From IMG/VR virus record IMGVR_UViG_3300048582_000136, positions 9,893-73,892 of that record: a stretch of 64,000 nt of DNA. One strand, given 5' to 3'. This document shows, in pieces, positions 19,801 through 27,846 of the stretch (positions are counted from its first letter, which is position 1; each line of letters begins with the position of its first letter). Made by a program: the position numbers and the translations under genes. The notes beneath the pieces are model-generated. The model was not told the DNA's origin, made no database searches, and saw only the letters and a program-made list of their open reading frames with translations. This DNA is from a virus.

Positions 19801-22800
19801 CCTTCTTCACCTCTGCTGCAAAAGCCTGACCCTGTTCCGGGGTCATGGTGCCCGTGCGGACGAACTCCACTAGAGCATCGACAGCACCGCTGTATTTCGT
19901 CATGAAAGCAGCTTCGGTGTCAGCCGCGGTCTTGGCGTGCTTGTAGGCCGGATCAGCTTGTCCCGGCTCTTCGTAGACCAACTCGGTCTTCACCAGCCCG
20001 GAGGACTGGGCGACGGTGAGCCAGAAGAGATGACGGTGCTCCGTGTTGTCGAGATCGAGAACCGACTCCGTCGAAGCCCAAGCTTCCCGCATTGTCTTGT
20101 TGGCTTGCGGGTTGAAGCCGTCCTGGTGGATCCGCTCGTTCGATACCGCATAGACGTCGAAATGGGTCACCACCTCGTCAGGGTTCTTGCCGGCCTTTGC
20201 CGCATGAGCCTCGAGACGGATGTTGTGTGCCACCACACCCTCCCAGCTCTTCTGCAGCTGGGTGTTCCGGCCTTCGACCGACAGCCGGTGCTCGGTGTTC
20301 ATCAGGTCGGGGATTACCTTCTGGAATCCCATCAGGTCCATCCATGCGTCCTGACCAATGCCCTGCATCAGGTTCACAAAGGGGGTGTTGCGGTAGAACT
20401 TCTGTTCCTGGTGCCGACGCAGAGCTTTCTGCATCTTGGCTCCCAGACGACCGATCATGTTGCGTTTTTGCTTGGCCCGCACTTTGGCGGGCGGCTCGTC
20501 GAAGTAGTAAGGTTTCTCATCCTGCTCGAGGAAGTTTTCCTTCAGGAATGACCGGGCATAGGTGAGCTTCTTCAGACGCTCGTCCGTGTTCGGGTGCGAG
20601 GTCTTGATCGCAATCGCCGTCACGGTCTTGCCTTCACGCTCGATCTCGATCGGGCTTTCTTCGGTCAGCTTGTCCCGCATCAGCGAAAGGAGATCCGAAG
20701 CCAGACCTTGAGCAATGCCGAGGCTGTCCGTCATCGGGGCATCCCCGTTGATCTGGGCGCCCCAGAACTCCATGATCTCCCGAGCCAGGCTCTCCACTGC
20801 CAGCGAGCCAGAGACAGCATTCCGGCTGGCCTGCATCATCTCGTGGGTCACAGCACTCTCAGGTACGCCGAACATCTTGGCGACGTCTTCCGCATCGGGA
20901 AGCTTGGCTGGGTTGGCGTGCATGACCCAATGCAGAGCAGCCAGAGCCGCAGTCTGCAGAAGGGTCGGATCGAATTCCCCAGTGTTCTCGTCCACCAGGT
21001 TCAGGCTTCGAGCCGTGTCGATCTTGGTGAAGTCCTTTTCGCCATAGGCCAGGGCTTCAAGCGGGCTCAGGATCTCTGCCTTTTCCTCTCCCGGCTTCTT
21101 CACTGCCTTCAGGGTCTGTTGGCGCTCCATGAGCTTGTCGTTCATGCCCTGAACCAAGGCACGAACCTCTTTCTCGAGGAGGTCCTGGAAGGCTTCCTTC
21201 TGGTCTTCGGTCAGATCGTAATCAACCTTCAACTCTTCCGGCCGGCGCAGGACATCTAGAACCGTCTCGATAGGGCTGCCAGATGTAATGAGCTCCGACT
21301 TCGTCGTGTCGATCGTGTAGGCCCGGACGAACCGGGCCACACCTTTGGCCGATTTCACGAGGTTGGTAAAAGGGTTTCCTCGAACTCTTCCAGATCCCTC
21401 AGATCCTGCATCAGCCGCAGGCTCCGTTCCAACATCTTCCTCGACACTCGCTCCTGCTTCTTCCTGATCCGCCTCGTCACGCGCCTCGTCGTTTCCTTCA
21501 GAGCTTCCGCGATCTTCTCGCGCTTCTTCTTGAGGAGCCGCTTGCGCTTCTTCAGCTGCCGCTTCAAGAACCTGTCCATTTACCAGGGGAGCTCCTTGCC
21601 CAGAGGTTCCTTGTCCGACTTCTCCACTCGGGGTGTCGGAGGTGACTTCGGCTTCTCGGACTCCGACTCCGTAGTTTTCGAGGAGCTTTTCGGCGAAGTA
21701 GGTGCTGACATTTGGGACAATCTCCGCGAGTTTCTCAGGGTTCTTCAGGTAGAGAGCCAGAAGATCTGCGAAGATCTCCTCGTCCCTTTCCTGTCCTTCA
21801 TAGGTCAACGCATAGTTCTTCAGGAACTTGTGCAGGACATGCTTGGTGTTCTGGATGAGGTCAGCGATTTCCTTTCCTACCGGAGTGCGAGGGTTATACC
21901 ACTTTTGAGTGTGCGAGAGGCCAGCATTGCCACCATACTCGAGATCGTAAAGATCCACGTCGAGAAGGTGAGCCAGCTCATGCATGATCGTATGCCGATC
22001 CTGCTGGGTCTCGGTCCCGTTCATGATCCGCTTGATGACGTTTTCATGCAGGGAAATCAGGCGGTTCTCGACATTCATCGAACCAAGGGCTTCGCCCTCA
22101 CCGCTGAAGCTTCGCCATCCCATGACCACATCTGTGGCCCAGTTGCTAAAGTCGAACGAGGCTTCGATGATGGTCTTGATGAGACCGTTCACAGCCGCCT
22201 CTTCGGCCGTGGACATCGGCCGGCGCACATAGGACACACCATCGATCTCGAGGGTATCCGTGCCTTCTTCCAGCGCCTTTTCGATCACGGGCTCTGCCTC
22301 GGCTTGTGGCCGGGGGGTCGGTGCTGCATCTGGGTTCTTGGTCGGACGGGTGGGTCGAACCGGTGCCGGTTCTTGTGTGGGTTCGGGCTCCGATACAGTC
22401 TCGGTTGCTACCGCGGTCTGGTTGGAGATCCGACCATCTGCTGCCACACGCTGGATCGCACCTGCCTGAACCACAGAGCTCAGGCTGCGAGCCAGGGTCT
22501 CGTAGATATCAGCCACGGTCTGGGCATCGTTCACGATGGCCTTACCAGTGATCAGCGAGTTCTTCGACCCGGCGTTGACGTAAAGGCTTCCTGCCCCTTC
22601 ATCGGTGCTCTCGATCCAGCGACCACCATCCCAGGTGCGGTAGCTCACCTTGTTGTTTTGCCCCGGACGTTTCGTCAGGGACTCGTTAGCGGCCGACACC
22701 TTGTTCTGCATATGCTCGGCGAAGTTCCGCAGGTTGTCCATCAGGCTCTGGGCCTTGGCCTTGTTTCCTGCTCGTGCAGCCGAAAGGATCTTTCCCACAT

Positions 22801-25072
22801 GGTCCTTGAGACCATACTGGTTCAGGTCGTTCTGCTTGCCGGCCGACAGCACCATGTTCCGCACGGAGCCAACGGAAGCACGACCCTCTTCCACCTGCAG
22901 ATCCCGCGTCAGCTGGAGCTTCGTCTCATCAAGGTCGAAGTAGAGTTCCGAAATCTGTGCGGCTGCTTCCAGACGGAGCCTCGTCGACTCCTCGAGCTGG
23001 AGACGCCCACTGGTTGCCTGGTTCAGGATCTTGCGGACATAGGTCGGATCCACCCCGGTCGGGTTGGTATAAGCCAGCTGAACCACCTTGCCGACGGCAG
23101 CCTGCACTTCCGGGCTGCCAGCGTTCTCGTCCGTGATCTCGGGCAGGACACCCAGATCATCCTGGGTCAGCGTCGGGGCGATCTCCATCGCACGTTTGAA
23201 GATCGGGCTGCTCTGGATCGTATCCAGCTGCTCCCGCATCTGTTCGATTTCCATCCGGTATTCTGCCGGCAGCTGGGCCAGGTCAGCATCCTTCACAGCC
23301 TCGTAGAGCGCTGCCTGGTCGTTGAGCCAGAGAATGGCATCCTTGCGGGTCTGGGGATCGATCGATCCACTGGTCACTGCTTTCAGAACCGCATCTGTTG
23401 CCAGCACTCGAGGCGCCGAAGCTCCTTCAGCCAGACGCTCGTCACCCGGAGCGAACATCTTACGAACGCTTTCCGGGGTCTGGTCGATCTCGTCCTGTCC
23501 GAGGTCCAGTGCCCGACCCAGTTGGGTCACGAAATCGGCAACCGGAGCCGGAGTAGGTTTCGCTTCTGTAGCACCCTCAGAAACGACAGGTGTTGCGATC
23601 TTTTCGCGCAGTTCCGTCATCGAGGTCTGAGCGGTTTCAGCCGCTTGAGTAACCGCGGCTTTGCCCACCGGGGAAGCTGCATCACGCTTTGCATTTAGCG
23701 CTTCCACTCGGCTGTTCACAGCACCGACCACTGCATTGCCGGTTGCCTTTGCCGTCCCCACCAGAGCCTCTCTGGCAAGGCCCGGAGCCTTCACTGCAGC
23801 GGTGACACCAGCGCCTCCAAACGCACCCAGCGCAGCCCCTTCAGCCACGCCTTCAGAGAGCTCTTGCTCGTCATTGGCGAAGGTCTGGATCCCGAGGTTC
23901 TGGTTGAACGTCCCAGTGCCTTCCTGGAATCCTTCTTCGAGCACCTGCTTGCCGATGTCAGCCAGACCTTCCTTGAAGGATCCAACCGAGGTAGGCGAGA
24001 CTTCAAAACGCTCCACCACCTTACCTGCAGCGGCCGCCAGAGGCGCCTGCACCACAGCCGCCATCATCCCGGCGTCAGTAGCAATCTCGATAGAAGCTTC
24101 TTCGTGGCTCATGCCACTGTCGATTAGACGACGGTAATCTTCAGAACCTGCATAAAGCTGTTCCGGGCTCATCTCCATGACCCGGTTCGTGGCACCTACA
24201 TAAGCAGCTCCCGACTCTCCCAGAGCCACAGCAGCCGGCACAGCGACCTTGGCCAGTTTTGTGCCTTTGCTGACACCCTGTGCTACCTTGGCAAGGCCCG
24301 CAGACGGAACCAAAGAACCAATGTTCTGTGCCACAAAGTCGCCTGCCAGAGCGGGATCCGAAGCCACACGGGACACTGCATCACCGGCACTCTTGCCCCA
24401 GAGCTTTGCCGTCTCCCAAGCCGGGGAAGCACCTGCTGCCACAGCCTCGTCGTATTCAGCCTGGTTGTCAGCCTGATCCAGACTGCCCATGAGCTGGTTG
24501 GCTTCCGAGAACCGCTGGAAAGTCGGAGACTTTTGTTCTTCGATCCATTCGCTTCCCTTGTCGACCAGCCCGGATACAGCCGCACCAGCCCGATCGTTGA
24601 TCACTCCTGTGCCCAGAGCAGCGATCGAGCCTGCCAGGTTCCAGGCGCCTTGTCCAACGGCCAGAGCCGTGTCTCCGATCACCTCGTTGTCCGAACGGGT
24701 CTGTGCCAGATCCATGCCGAAATCACGTTCAGCATCAAGCAGCCGGCCACGGTTCCTTGCCACTTCAGATCCGTATTTCAGAACCACTTCACCGTAGGGA
24801 AGCGTCCGGAGATCCTGTAGCATTTCGTTGTCGGCCAGACGGTTGCCATTGCGCTGAGCTGCGGCATAAGTCCGAAGGGTGGCATCATCTGCCATCACCA
24901 GCTTCTTGGCTTCGCTGGCCGCCGTCACCGCAGCTTTCTTCTCTTCACTCTTGGTGGGAGGAGTTGCCACAGGCGAACCAAAGCTCGCCAGCTGGTCTGA
25001 CATCTTCGGCTTTCCGAACTCCTCGATCGCAACCGGGAAGAAGGATGTCGGGGAGAGCCGCGGATCAGCCAT
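13856..25072 (-). CDS. virion-encapsidated RNA polymerase (N4 gp50 vRNAP)
   Basis: 3738 aa; motif A EADGKTDG, motif B RGLLKNPLTVTVYGSG, motif C VFDG; no Cys seen. Confidence 0.97.
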   Translation of the reverse strand: MADPRLSPTSFFPVAIEEFGKPKMSDQLASFGSPVATPPTKSEEKKAAVTAASEAKKLVMADDATLRTYAAAQRNGNRLADNEMLQDLRTLPYGEVVLKYGSEVARNRGRLLDAERDFGMDLAQTRSDNEVIGDTALAVGQGAWNLAGSIAALGTGVINDRAGAAVSGLVDKGSEWIEEQKSPTFQRFSEANQLMGSLDQADNQAEYDEAVAAGASPAWETAKLWGKSAGDAVSRVASDPALAGDFVAQNIGSLVPSAGLAKVAQGVSKGTKLAKVAVPAAVALGESGAAYVGATNRVMEMSPEQLYAGSEDYRRLIDSGMSHEEASIEIATDAGMMAAVVQAPLAAAAGKVVERFEVSPTSVGSFKEGLADIGKQVLEEGFQEGTGTFNQNLGIQTFANDEQELSEGVAEGAALGAFGGAGVTAAVKAPGLAREALVGTAKATGNAVVGAVNSRVEALNAKRDAASPVGKAAVTQAAETAQTSMTELREKIATPVVSEGATEAKPTPAPVADFVTQLGRALDLGQDEIDQTPESVRKMFAPGDERLAEGASAPRVLATDAVLKAVTSGSIDPQTRKDAILWLNDQAALYEAVKDADLAQLPAEYRMEIEQMREQLDTIQSSPIFKRAMEIAPTLTQDDLGVLPEITDENAGSPEVQAAVGKVVQLAYTNPTGVDPTYVRKILNQATSGRLQLEESTRLRLEAAAQISELYFDLDETKLQLTRDLQVEEGRASVGSVRNMVLSAGKQNDLNQYGLKDHVGKILSAARAGNKAKAQSLMDNLRNFAEHMQNKVSAANESLTKRPGQNNKVSYRTWDGGRWIESTDEGAGSLYVNAGSKNSLITGKAIVNDAQTVADIYETLARSLSSVVQAGAIQRVAADGRISNQTAVATETVSEPEPTQEPAPVRPTRPTKNPDAAPTPRPQAEAEPVIEKALEEGTDTLEIDGVSYVRRPMSTAEEAAVNGLIKTIIEASFDFSNWATDVVMGWRSFSGEGEALGSMNVENRLISLHENVIKRIMNGTETQQDRHTIMHELAHLLDVDLYDLEYGGNAGLSHTQKWYNPRTPVGKEIADLIQNTKHVLHKFLKNYALTYEGQERDEEIFADLLALYLKNPEKLAEIVPNVSTYFAEKLLENYGVGVREAEVTSDTPSGEVGQGTSGQGAPLVNGQVLEAAAEEAQAAPQEEAREDRGSSEGNDEARDEADQEEAGASVEEDVGTEPAADAGSEGSGRVRGNPFTNLVKSAKGVARFVRAYTIDTTKSELITSGSPIETVLDVLRRPEELKVDYDLTEDQKEAFQDLLEKEVRALVQGMNDKLMERQQTLKAVKKPGEEKAEILSPLEALAYGEKDFTKIDTARSLNLVDENTGEFDPTLLQTAALAALHWVMHANPAKLPDAEDVAKMFGVPESAVTHEMMQASRNAVSGSLAVESLAREIMEFWGAQINGDAPMTDSLGIAQGLASDLLSLMRDKLTEESPIEIEREGKTVTAIAIKTSHPNTDERLKKLTYARSFLKENFLEQDEKPYYFDEPPAKVRAKQKRNMIGRLGAKMQKALRRHQEQKFYRNTPFVNLMQGIGQDAWMDLMGFQKVIPDLMNTEHRLSVEGRNTQLQKSWEGVVAHNIRLEAHAAKAGKNPDEVVTHFDVYAVSNERIHQDGFNPQANKTMREAWASTESVLDLDNTEHRHLFWLTVAQSSGLVKTELVYEEPGQADPAYKHAKTAADTEAAFMTKYSGAVDALVEFVRTGTMTPEQGQAFAAEVKKAGGGNEKLIHSLLAVAQYQAAMGSNEAGARSNFRHFLSLEADGKTDGPMAALVNHSKGKFTVAELKNFARGGFFLGRRDRTLNDQFQNNKADKDLYNIAAMGAEVFLKAKIGEMKAKGGEQHADAMLRFLNAFSGDFSYNEATGELTIKRGLLKNPLTVTVYGSGANGIADKVAGALLEAFYERLTELEMKRAETGNQNLGLEDLPGMAGYGTVIQDLMVLASSRVLYNKKEDRFYTTDKTSKGKKAPLKLRRPKDFVLDAANREMFSHNLRQILINPMRSGIGQVMANPLEVNAVLQRATQIQSQTMIAHFRQAVRELRDSQWASGKLEKGEFLSQDDYNEVYRRMSRFGAVIEPADSNENHLNLSGSESVKSSYSFTRSLDGKYGESTRLPEPTDAGVAAAAMMTISRGDAMMMVNYFLSEDPDLRVLAVFDGLEMPADGITTISQKINKAVADAWMNDNGPKDLADSFADFTRQGKSGPFADIKDSAALMEIAKTMGLEEVAPDGLVKAMTQVASQLSGELNQIAREVQARKNVMKSIEFSMDHMASGRAPHNNDGEVFDADPGDPNYDTKLVDWLNFRYEEELRKLTDKRQDELAQPSVEPASDGFAQKVKRFGVEMGYRPITRMTAKAMAKMMQSEGVTKEARDVMAMIQKTLPDFTFLFGSSEELTAYRNETYPDMIGTAAIDKGQTDINNRVVYIANMAGETVLHEALHTATLEVVYQGYADPSSLDEVQQAAIQNLEAMMNQFLDMDFSRTLRRDLEQEDGAVLNVAQVVQRQIADALMQGDALGKAIALNEFMAWTLSNQNLIEVMRKTKVRTPLRQLVFKATAWIRKLLGLPATQKIDMFSNILLNTGAVLNGDTRVQLPAGSVMNQTTGAPVDLRIQALMERFETKVKSHFDPMSVATKPGEEITVRANADQSVNFFIGYGFDMDPQQKSAFRQIQVALASSMKMDNRALVQAQRIYSHVTKQLTPKDFEGYPDGALRAQSRFDMLLGKYGYETDPEGRSNLLASFLALSQVDPEFRKVLDRIELPKDRQVSFGSMDEFLTSVANSGLDTLATAASGSGLGSRSTKDALDRLSLVLSEIDKDDRLWIEKQTQGFADKLDAKSAEFLSKAGERLGQWADNEAQKSLGQQRNAIKTSIRNGAAIVAALIDNNRGKAMGSALVSMGNQAQKVPTALVELMNEVIGITDENRGVLGLVNKVKAAVSAMRQDYREEVPRLIAEKFTRELSSEEWSSLHLVWGKTDAGSLRAYYSGADVRKLVTDKAYLAQEIQQREDELKASHRSHAAFFRKAKELAKFMVNGEVTNNNLLRNANAIAALMGENGKGTDDAAVIELIDILTTLYALENVGQDDINRVALLADTEAEGIDFLTGYLWATAQDEQAKIQTDAARFNHYKGYIPSERADGVSLLVRDDSEHDSLVAQGYTRMGDYKGAGVESGKKGYYFSTVSGNGTYTQGVMQTIQQSAAGIDPRTGRTVTGATAGVISGKYLSIIQQRLRNVQKGPVEALLPVYDAKGQVVAYERHIAPHALAMLERNTHMGEMLGAWRGRQAEEELGQEFNKTLIDNLKKVWDRDKGTKASEFVDLSQSQDKVHIDSWEMVPNDLRAYIKEVFGDDGFPIRKDMLNNAVGYRAASITDPWTGISRMRPEMQEGFRKVTTAVFGDNAFKVLATSEKAIQAGVSVVKSTIVVRSIVIPMANMASNFLQLAMHGVGVREMYQGYQTKLLEITKYQKHEKRRIDIEAELTAQRNNPDAVRRLQAELKSIEDANRRMSIWDLIEAGEFASISEGVTDADAALTSGKYAEYIQGLMDKVPAKLGNFGRYAFITRDTALFQGMARAMQYGDFLAKGVLYDHLRVQGKSKDEAIQGITEEFVNYNLLPGRTRSYADAMGLVWFPAFKLRSIKIARQHIINHPFRALMLTLGNPIMPEVPGLSLGSPIEDNLLSVTADGRLGYSIGPGMAFNAPSLHPWVNLMN

Positions 25073-25091
25073 ATTTTTCCTCAGATAATGC

Positions 25092-25115
25092 GGGGAAACC
25101 TATCAAGGTTTCCCC
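25092..25115. repeat. hairpin between gp51-like and vRNAP genes
   Basis: GGGGAAACCT-ATCA-AGGTTTCCCC. Confidence 0.55.
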
Positions 25116-25153
25116 AGACTATCGGAGGGATATCACACAAAGATCAGTTTGAT

Positions 25154-27310
25154 CTAGGGCCTATTCGCATATTCAGCATCTGCCCGAACAGCTTGCTCAA
25201 GAAGCATTTCAAGCGCCCTGATCTGTTCCGGCGATCCACCCTGCTCTTTCAAGGTATCTACAGCCGTTGTCAGAATTCGCACCTGCGTTTCCGGCGATGC
25301 TTTCGACAGTCCGGCCAGATCGATACCACCTTCAGTAGCCACTTGGAGAGCGTCGTCCACCACCTTCATCGCAGCTTGACGAATGGCCGTTTCCGGACCG
25401 CCCGGTGCAGCCGTGGTTGGTTGGGTTGTGGGTTGGGTCGAAGTCGTGTTGGGCTTTTCGCCCTTGTCTGACTTTGCCGGCTCATCCTTCTTTCCGAAAC
25501 TGTATCCGCGCTCCACTGTCAGAGCGGCTTCCACCAGCTTCGCAGCCTTGGCTTCCCACTTCGCCGCAGCTTCTTCATCACCGCGATCAAGTGCACGAGC
25601 CTGAGCCTGGTTCACCTTGGCCAGATCGGTGCGAAGGCTTTCCGCAGCCGCCTTGGCTTCGTTGATCTCCGACAGCTTCTCAGAGCCGTTTCGCTTCTGC
25701 TCCGGCGTCAAGTAGGACTTTACCAGCTCCATTGCCGTGTCGGTGTTGACGTAGGTGTTCCCCCACTTCTCACCACCCGGCAGAACTCCACTCACCCAGC
25801 CAGCGTATTCCGCACTCTCATAGAGCACAGCTGCAGCTTCACCAGGAGAAATGGTGATCCCTTCTTCTTTGGCTTGGCGCACCACCGTATTGATGGCATC
25901 CGTAGCCCAACCTTTACCATCTTCGGTCGTGTTTCCCAGGTTCTCAGCCAGCTTCACAGCCGGATCGGTGCCGTAGTCATCGGCCGTCGATTGGATCCGA
26001 ATGGTAGGGTTGTTCTTGGTAGTGTCAGCCACCACCATGTCCAGCTGATCCAGGCTGCGCGAGGCATCAGCCATACCTGGAATGGCACTGGCTTTCAGCG
26101 GATCGTAGGTTGTCGCAAAGGCATTCTGTACCGCAGGATCGTTCTGTGCCGCCAGAACCGCCGCAGCTTTCACATCATCCGAAGCATCTGACTGATTGAT
26201 GAGACCAGCCACATCTTCGGGAAGGTCAGCACCCTTGGCAGCTTCACGAGCCAGATCCAAACCTGCCTGAGCGACAGCCTTCTGAACGTCTGCCTCGTAG
26301 TCCGCCTCACGGGCTCGACCAACGTTGTAGCCTTCTTGCTCTTGCGCCCGAGCATCGTCGGACTGGGGATCCCAGAAGTCCATGCCGAGAAGGTTGTTCT
26401 CGGGAACCAGATCGGCAACACCAGTTCTTCCCAGACCCTTCCCACCATGCTTTGCAGCGTAGTCAGACAGGCTCGTTCCAAAGCTGTCAGCAGGGTTATA
26501 CTGGCCCCCACTTTCAACATACCGTATGGCTCCACCAGCACCACCAAGGTGACCCATGGCGACGAGCGCACCCATGTCCAGGGTCTGACCATTCACGACA
26601 GCCCCCACATAGGGTGCAAGCTTGTTCTCGAGGTCCGCGAAGTGCCAGTCTTCCGCCGCAAGTTGGGCAGCACGCCCTTCAGGCGTATCGGATCCAAACT
26701 GGTCGAAGGTCATGCCGGCAGGGATCACCCCTGCATTGACCGCATCTGCAAACCGGTCTTGGCCAAATTGGACTCGACCCACATGACCACGCTTCCCACC
26801 AGAACCAACTTCGTTGTTTCTGGCTCCAAAGTTTCCACCGCTTTCCGTGCCGATCAGCGAAGCACGGTAGCCTCCTTCTTTGGCGGCCAACAGATCTCCC
26901 ACCAAAGCCGCTTCCTGATCTTCACGAGCAATCCTGCGACCAAAATCAGTTTGAGCCCGGCCGTCCGCATTGCGGGTGGCGTTATTGTTGATCCGGGTAG
27001 TATCGAAGCCCATACCCTTGCCCATGAGACCCAAATAGGCTTCACGAGTTTCAGCGTTCATGTCTTCCGGACGCAACACCGACCCGATCTGAGACAAGGC
27101 GCCGGCAACATCTCCGGAGCCTTGGATCCCCGCCAAAATGGGAAGAGCCGCTGCAGAGCGACGGTCCATCTGGTCTTGACGGGCATTCCGGAACGCACTG
27201 GCGATCCCTGTCCCACCATTACCGATTTGGGTCGCCGCAGCGTTCAGGATGTCCGCAGCACGGCCGACATCAGGCGCATCAACGTTCTGCCATGTGAGAC
27301 GACCGGCCAT
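25154..27310 (-). CDS. ejection protein with lysozyme-like (transglycosylase) domain (N4 gp51-like)
   Basis: N-terminal LTWQNVDAPD; LIGTESGGNF...GRVQFG...AMGHLGG...GTSLSDY; no Cys. Confidence 0.85.
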   Translation of the reverse strand: MAGRLTWQNVDAPDVGRAADILNAAATQIGNGGTGIASAFRNARQDQMDRRSAAALPILAGIQGSGDVAGALSQIGSVLRPEDMNAETREAYLGLMGKGMGFDTTRINNNATRNADGRAQTDFGRRIAREDQEAALVGDLLAAKEGGYRASLIGTESGGNFGARNNEVGSGGKRGHVGRVQFGQDRFADAVNAGVIPAGMTFDQFGSDTPEGRAAQLAAEDWHFADLENKLAPYVGAVVNGQTLDMGALVAMGHLGGAGGAIRYVESGGQYNPADSFGTSLSDYAAKHGGKGLGRTGVADLVPENNLLGMDFWDPQSDDARAQEQEGYNVGRAREADYEADVQKAVAQAGLDLAREAAKGADLPEDVAGLINQSDASDDVKAAAVLAAQNDPAVQNAFATTYDPLKASAIPGMADASRSLDQLDMVVADTTKNNPTIRIQSTADDYGTDPAVKLAENLGNTTEDGKGWATDAINTVVRQAKEEGITISPGEAAAVLYESAEYAGWVSGVLPGGEKWGNTYVNTDTAMELVKSYLTPEQKRNGSEKLSEINEAKAAAESLRTDLAKVNQAQARALDRGDEEAAAKWEAKAAKLVEAALTVERGYSFGKKDEPAKSDKGEKPNTTSTQPTTQPTTAAPGGPETAIRQAAMKVVDDALQVATEGGIDLAGLSKASPETQVRILTTAVDTLKEQGGSPEQIRALEMLLEQAVRADAEYANRP

Positions 27311-27312
27311 GC

Positions 27313-27837
27313 TTAGCCCCTTCCTCTTCCGCGAGACGCGGGCATGTTGAGTTGGTTTTCAGCCATGTATTGGTCAGCGTAACCAGCCTCACGACCCTCA
27401 GTCACAGCCCGAGCGTTGATCCGGTCACGGAGAGCCGTGTTGTAGGATTGGGTCTGGTTGGTTAGGTTCGTCCGATAGGCTTCTTTCGAGAAGGCCAGCT
27501 GATCCTTGGCGAGACCCAGGCTCTTCAGGCCGATGTAAAGCTGACCCAAACCCGAAAGACCTTCAGCGATCGTTCCGAAGTTGCTCAGCATATTACCGAA
27601 GCCACCACCCGGTGTAGCTGTAGCACCAGCTGCCGGAGTTGCTCCGGGCGCCGTAGGAGGCATATAGCTGGAAGGAGCACCTGCCGACATTGGTGCACCG
27701 TAGGTCATGCCAGGCCCAGGAGTCGGAGCAACGGGAGGAGCGACTACCCCATTCCCGAACTGCCCGATCTCCGAACCGATGTTATAGGCCGCAGCTCCTC
27801 CAGGAGCCATCTGCCCAAAAGTCAGGTTTGGATACAT
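27313..27837 (-). CDS. small virion/ejection protein (N4 gp52-like)
   Basis: LAKDQLAFSK...NQTQSYNTALRDRINAR; synteny. Confidence 0.85.
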   Translation of the reverse strand: MYPNLTFGQMAPGGAAAYNIGSEIGQFGNGVVAPPVAPTPGPGMTYGAPMSAGAPSSYMPPTAPGATPAAGATATPGGGFGNMLSNFGTIAEGLSGLGQLYIGLKSLGLAKDQLAFSKEAYRTNLTNQTQSYNTALRDRINARAVTEGREAGYADQYMAENQLNMPASRGRGRG

Positions 27838-27846
27838 TTTCTACTC

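Noticed and set aside
14540-23698. Long + strand ORFs (597 aa, 722 aa and others) opposite vRNAP; similar ones opposite the capsid, fibre and RNAP2 genes
   Set aside because: Antisense shadows expected from biased high-GC codon usage; no motifs or SDs.
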